Shown: piece after piece, positions 59,912 through 64,000 of the stretch
Layout of the letters: each line of letters begins with the position of its first letter
How positions within the stretch are numbered: position 1 is the first letter of the stretch
NCBI GenBank assembly: GCA_963702205.1
Contig: OY969724.1
Span: 3,200,001 to 3,264,000 of the forward strand
DNA from: an uncultured candidate division Zixibacteria bacterium
Lineage (GTDB): Bacteria; Zixibacteria; MSB-5A5; GN15; PGXB01
DNA length: 64,000 bases
Direction: 5' to 3'
Notes under the pieces: generated by a model
Seen by the model: only the letters and a program-made list of their open reading frames with translations
What the model was told of the DNA's origin: nothing
The model's database searches: none
Made by a program: the position numbers and the translations under genes

Positions 59912-61072
59912 TTATAATGATTCATTGGGTTTACAACTGGGAAAGCATAGTCCTTCATAAAGGCTTACTACTTTCGCAGCCATCGCTTCTTTTGTAAAGT
60001 CTTTAATAACATGGTCCCTGCCATTGTTCCCCAATTGCTTTCTAAATTCAGGATCAATTATCAATGAATCGCAGGCGGCCGCCAGTTCGTCTTCATTCCG
60101 TGGAGTTATTAAAAGACCGGTTTTATTATGTGTAACGACCTCGGGGGTACCGCCAACGGCCGTTACGACAACAGGAATCCCAAGTGCCAGGGCCTCAAGC
60201 AAAGAGATTGAAATTCCTTCATGCAAAGAAGATAAAACAAATATATCAAAAAGGCGCATTATGGCCGACACATTTTCCGTAAATCCGTAAAATAATATAT
60301 TTTCTGAGATATTTAATTCATTTGCCAGAGTTTCGAGCGAATGGCGCTCCGGGCCATCGCCAATAATCATAAGAAGTAGGTTATCGTGGCGATGACAAAG
60401 AGTTTTGAAGGCCTTTATCAAATATTCGTATCCTTTTACCGGGGTTAGTCGACCGACTGTTCCAATGACTATTTGGTCGTCGTCTATCCCAAGTTCTGAC
60501 CGGGCTTTTATTTCTCCGGTACCAGTTGCTTCTTCGATGTCAATGCCATTATGTATAGTCATCAATTTTGCTATCTGGTATCGCGTCGAAAGTTTATTTT
60601 TAATATCCTCAGACACCGCTATCACTTTGTCGATTCTCCGTCGACCAATATAATATTCGCACATCTTATAAAATGATGCTTTGATCCTCTGGAATCCCGT
60701 GAATGGCTCTGCCAAACCATGAATTGTACAAACCTGGAGTTTTATATCAGTGTTATACCTGGCCAGCGCCCCGAGTATATTTTCTTTATAGCGATGCGAA
60801 TGCAGAATATCGCAACCTAAATTTTTTAGCAGGTTATGAGTCTTATATGTGAGCATGAATGAATTGTAAATATTTTCATCAATAATCCAAACAGGTATGC
60901 CAATCTTTTTTAGGCGCTCGGCTAAGACACCATCATTAAACAAGATAACGGATACCTCAATATTCTGGTACTGCGTCAGACCGGAAATCAACGTTGCCAG
61001 CTGGACTTCAGCGCCCGCCCAGAGATCCCCTGAAGCCAGGTGACACACTCTTATCTTTTCGACGGTTCCCAA
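59912..61072 (-). CDS. Glycosyltransferase family 4
   Basis: WAGAE, IHNGID, GRL.PVKG, SLHEG....LLEA; start uncertain. Confidence 0.92.
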   Translation of the reverse strand: MGTVEKIRVCHLASGDLWAGAEVQLATLISGLTQYQNIEVSVILFNDGVLAERLKKIGIPVWIIDENIYNSFMLTYKTHNLLKNLGCDILHSHRYKENILGALARYNTDIKLQVCTIHGLAEPFTGFQRIKASFYKMCEYYIGRRRIDKVIAVSEDIKNKLSTRYQIAKLMTIHNGIDIEEATGTGEIKARSELGIDDDQIVIGTVGRLTPVKGYEYLIKAFKTLCHRHDNLLLMIIGDGPERHSLETLANELNISENILFYGFTENVSAIMRLFDIFVLSSLHEGISISLLEALALGIPVVVTAVGGTPEVVTHNKTGLLITPRNEDELAAACDSLIIDPEFRKQLGNNGRDHVIKDFTKEAMAAKVVSLYEGLCFPSCKPNESL

Positions 61073-62184
61073 ATTATGAATTTCCTTCCCAATACGAAAT
61101 TATACCATGCAACCAGTATCGATAAATTCGCAATACTGAAAAAACAAATCACCCTGAATGGCGCAAAAGCCTGAATTTTCTCGAACCTGTGTGAGAGCAG
61201 GGCGATTAAATAAAATAAAAGCTGCAGTATCATTGCCGACTGATAGAAGACGTCTTTTGGAACAAGGAATATATTACTCACTAATATTAAAATTAAAAAA
61301 AACGGGACCAGCCAACGCATCAACTTGTGACCGATCACCTCGAAAGAGTAAAAGCCATAGCGGAAAGGATTAAGAATGCCCTTGAATTCGAACAGCACCT
61401 CAATACCGTGAATTATTGTCCTGACCTTCCTGATAAATTCCTGTTGATGGGATGACACGAGCTGATAATAACCTATTACTTTGTCGTCAAGTATTGCCCT
61501 AAATCCCAGCATCACCGACCTGATGGCAATATAATAGTCATTTGACAAATAAGGGATCCAGTTGTCACATAATTCCTTTCTTGCCGCATAAAGCGACCCG
61601 CTCATGCCTGTCGAAGAGCATACTTTGCTCTCCATTTTTCTAAGCCACATATCGTAACGAATGTAAGCGCCTTCCGAATTAATGGCCTTACCTTCCAGCT
61701 CTATAATCTTGTCTGTGCTCGAAACGCAACCAACCTGCGGGTCCGCGAAATTTCTTACAAGAAGTTCGATCGTATCCGGAGACAGTAATATCCCCACATC
61801 GGTAAATATTACAATTTCACCGGTGGCTTCTTTAAGTGCTCGTTCCTGGGCATAATGCTTGCCTGACCTCTTTTCAAGGCGAAAGTTCCTTATCCCGCGG
61901 TCAGCGTACGATTCGGCAATTTCATCAGATGAATCCTGTGAACAATCTGAGACGGCTATTATATCCATGAGTTCCTTTTGGTAATTGAGCTGTAACGTAT
62001 TGTCTAATTTCTTTGAAAGCTGGCCTTCGGCATTGTAGAACGGTATAATTATTGTCACTTTTGGTAGAATGATATTACGTTTGACTTCATAAGTATTGAA
62101 TAGTGAATAGAGACTTAGTAATATCGGGTAGCCGAAATATGTAAGAATAACCAATGAAATGCATATCCAAAATAGCCAGATCAT
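61051..62184 (-). CDS. Glycosyltransferase family 2 (CesA-like, membrane)
   Basis: TYFGYP, KLDN, SDCSQD, RSGK, FTD, F.DP.VGCVS, RKVR, HKLMRW. Confidence 0.9.
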   Translation of the reverse strand: MIWLFWICISLVILTYFGYPILLSLYSLFNTYEVKRNIILPKVTIIIPFYNAEGQLSKKLDNTLQLNYQKELMDIIAVSDCSQDSSDEIAESYADRGIRNFRLEKRSGKHYAQERALKEATGEIVIFTDVGILLSPDTIELLVRNFADPQVGCVSSTDKIIELEGKAINSEGAYIRYDMWLRKMESKVCSSTGMSGSLYAARKELCDNWIPYLSNDYYIAIRSVMLGFRAILDDKVIGYYQLVSSHQQEFIRKVRTIIHGIEVLFEFKGILNPFRYGFYSFEVIGHKLMRWLVPFFLILILVSNIFLVPKDVFYQSAMILQLLFYLIALLSHRFEKIQAFAPFRVICFFSIANLSILVAWYNFVLGRKFIIWEPSKR

Positions 62185-62245
62185 GACAGGATTGCCTTGC
62201 TCTGTAAACATGACGTGCATTTAACGCCTTGGAGATGTGTCGCCA

Positions 62246-63373
62246 TTAATGATGCAAACAACTTCTGTATAAATCAGCATAACGGTTTATATTTTCGTCT
62301 ATGCCGAATTTATTACGTACTGCTATCTTGCCGTTTATTCCTAATTTCACTGCATAAGTTTTATCGGAGAGTAGTCTGATTACGCCTTCGGAAATAGCCT
62401 TTGAATCTTTCGGGGGCACAATGAGTCCCGTCATTTCATTGTCCACTATCTCTTTCGGGCCACCTGAATCAGTAACTACCACCGGCTTTCCCAAAGCCAT
62501 AGCTTCTATCGTGGCAATAGATAACCCTTCAGATATGGATGGCAGTACAAAAACCTCCAATTGCCGGATGATTGAGGAAATATCCTCACGAAATCCAGTT
62601 AACAGCACTCTATCCTGAAGATTCAAGGAACTGATTAAGGCCCTGATGCTATTCAGAATTTTACCTTTGCCTTCTCCAACAATAAAAAAATATGCATTCG
62701 GCACTTTCTCTATAATCAAAGGTGCCGCCTTTATTAAATAATCAAATCCTTTCCATACTTCCATATTGCCAATTGTCCCGATTAGCACGGATTTATCGTG
62801 CAGATCGAATTCCGTCCGCAAACTGGATCCCTCTTTCTTTTCCTCCAAGGCATCAAAATCAACGCCATTATAAATTCGTCTCATTTGATTATCTTTGAAG
62901 CCACCCGCTTTTACAAGCTCAGCCTTCAAGAAATCGGAAACTGCGACGATATATTTCGCATGGTGTCTCACTATGGCAAGTTTTATGGAATCTTTGAAGT
63001 TTTTTATATGCCAAGTCCCAATCATTCCATGATAAGTTGCAACCACTGGTTTTCGGCTCAAGGTCCCTATAATATTAGCATAAACATTCGTGTCATCCAA
63101 ATGAGAGTGGATAACATCTACTTTCTTATTTTTAATTAGATTTATGACTCCTTTTATAAACTTCCAATCATACGCTCCGGAATTTTTGATAATTTCAGGT
63201 TCAACGCCAGTCTTCACTATATTATCGCACAGCCACCCTTCTCCTGCCAATAATACTACGGGGACAAACTCCTCTCTATCCAGCCGCTTTACAATATCGA
63301 CAAAGACACGTTCGGCACCGCCCGGGCCGGTAGTCTCTATCATATGCAGGATCACGGATTTACTATCTTGCAT
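62246..63373 (-). CDS. Glycosyltransferase family 4
   Basis: GPGGAE, IYNGVD, PSISEGLSIATIEAMA. Confidence 0.93.
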   Translation of the reverse strand: MQDSKSVILHMIETTGPGGAERVFVDIVKRLDREEFVPVVLLAGEGWLCDNIVKTGVEPEIIKNSGAYDWKFIKGVINLIKNKKVDVIHSHLDDTNVYANIIGTLSRKPVVATYHGMIGTWHIKNFKDSIKLAIVRHHAKYIVAVSDFLKAELVKAGGFKDNQMRRIYNGVDFDALEEKKEGSSLRTEFDLHDKSVLIGTIGNMEVWKGFDYLIKAAPLIIEKVPNAYFFIVGEGKGKILNSIRALISSLNLQDRVLLTGFREDISSIIRQLEVFVLPSISEGLSIATIEAMALGKPVVVTDSGGPKEIVDNEMTGLIVPPKDSKAISEGVIRLLSDKTYAVKLGINGKIAVRNKFGIDENINRYADLYRSCLHH

Positions 63374-63541
63374 ACTGTTGGTACCTCGAATAATTAATTA
63401 TGTGCTCTGTTGAAAATGTCCACGCACCACATGCAGCAAATTTATTCCGTAATTAGGGCAATAAGCTGCCCTTATTCCTTGTCAAGATCATGTTTATTTT
63501 TTATGAAACCAGTCAATATACAGTTCCCTGTTTCTATTCGA

Positions 63542-64000
63542 TCAAAGCAGTCGGTGTATGTGACAAAAAAATAACGCTTTCGAAAAACCTCCCAACAGGC
63601 CCCTGCAAAATCCATCGTGGATGTTGATCCTGTTCAATGAATAAATATCGCCATCCTCGGGCCCGCCCGCCGAACCGGTCGTCAACGCGCAATAATACCC
63701 GGTTTTACGGGCCAGCTCCTTGATGCTCGCGTCATAATTGCCGTTCGGGTATGCCAAAGATATTGACGGCACCGAAAGTTTTTCCTTAAGAAATCTATTG
63801 GATTCGGTCAGCTCATAAACCTGATCATCTTTGTCGATCATTGTCAAAATTTCGTGATTGACGCAATGCGAACCGAATTCAATATTAAAGTTTTTCATTT
63901 CCTCTATTTCTCTCCAATTTAATAATATCCGACTTGCCTCGTCCATACTGCCATCCTCGGGTTCGTGCCCAAGTATTATATCGAGAAGGGCATCCCGATC
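63542..64000 (-). CDS. Polysaccharide deacetylase (CE4), 5' end beyond the window
   Basis: Frame open to the window edge; LNWREIEEM, FGSHCVNH, LAYPNG. Confidence 0.88.
   Translation of the reverse strand, partial: DRDALLDIILGHEPEDGSMDEASRILLNWREIEEMKNFNIEFGSHCVNHEILTMIDKDDQVYELTESNRFLKEKLSVPSISLAYPNGNYDASIKELARKTGYYCALTTGSAGGPEDGDIYSLNRINIHDGFCRGLLGGFSKALFFCHIHRLL

Overview
Bacterial chromosomal window. The Cys-flanked dockerin-like C-termini, FlgD-Ig tails and gene content suggest candidate phylum Zixibacteria or a related FCB-type lineage (inference, not searched). The left part (1-35.8 kb) is GC-richer core-like DNA: NDH-2 (truncated by the window edge), a DASS transporter, cydAB and a ZIP transporter, two ECF sigma/anti-sigma modules with visible cognate promoter motifs, a frameshifted plug-vWA protein and a REP-like inverted hairpin pair. 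It also holds a sigma-54 two-component module with a divergent beta-propeller lipoprotein, an MMPL/LolA-like/porin operon, an AT-rich orphan SF1 helicase cleanly split by an IS256 element (8-bp TSD), M14 and C10 peptidases with dockerin-like tails, and a multi-PAS hybrid kinase. At 35.93 kb a 3' tRNA-Met-like fragment probably marks the boundary of an island. The AT-richer right part (36-64 kb) is an exopolysaccharide/surface-glycan cluster. It contains two secreted beta-helix proteins that share about 0.9 kb of identical DNA but end in different C-terminal modules (dockerin-like versus Fn3x3 plus FlgD-Ig). No CRISPR array, rRNA, intact tRNA or reverse transcriptase was seen.
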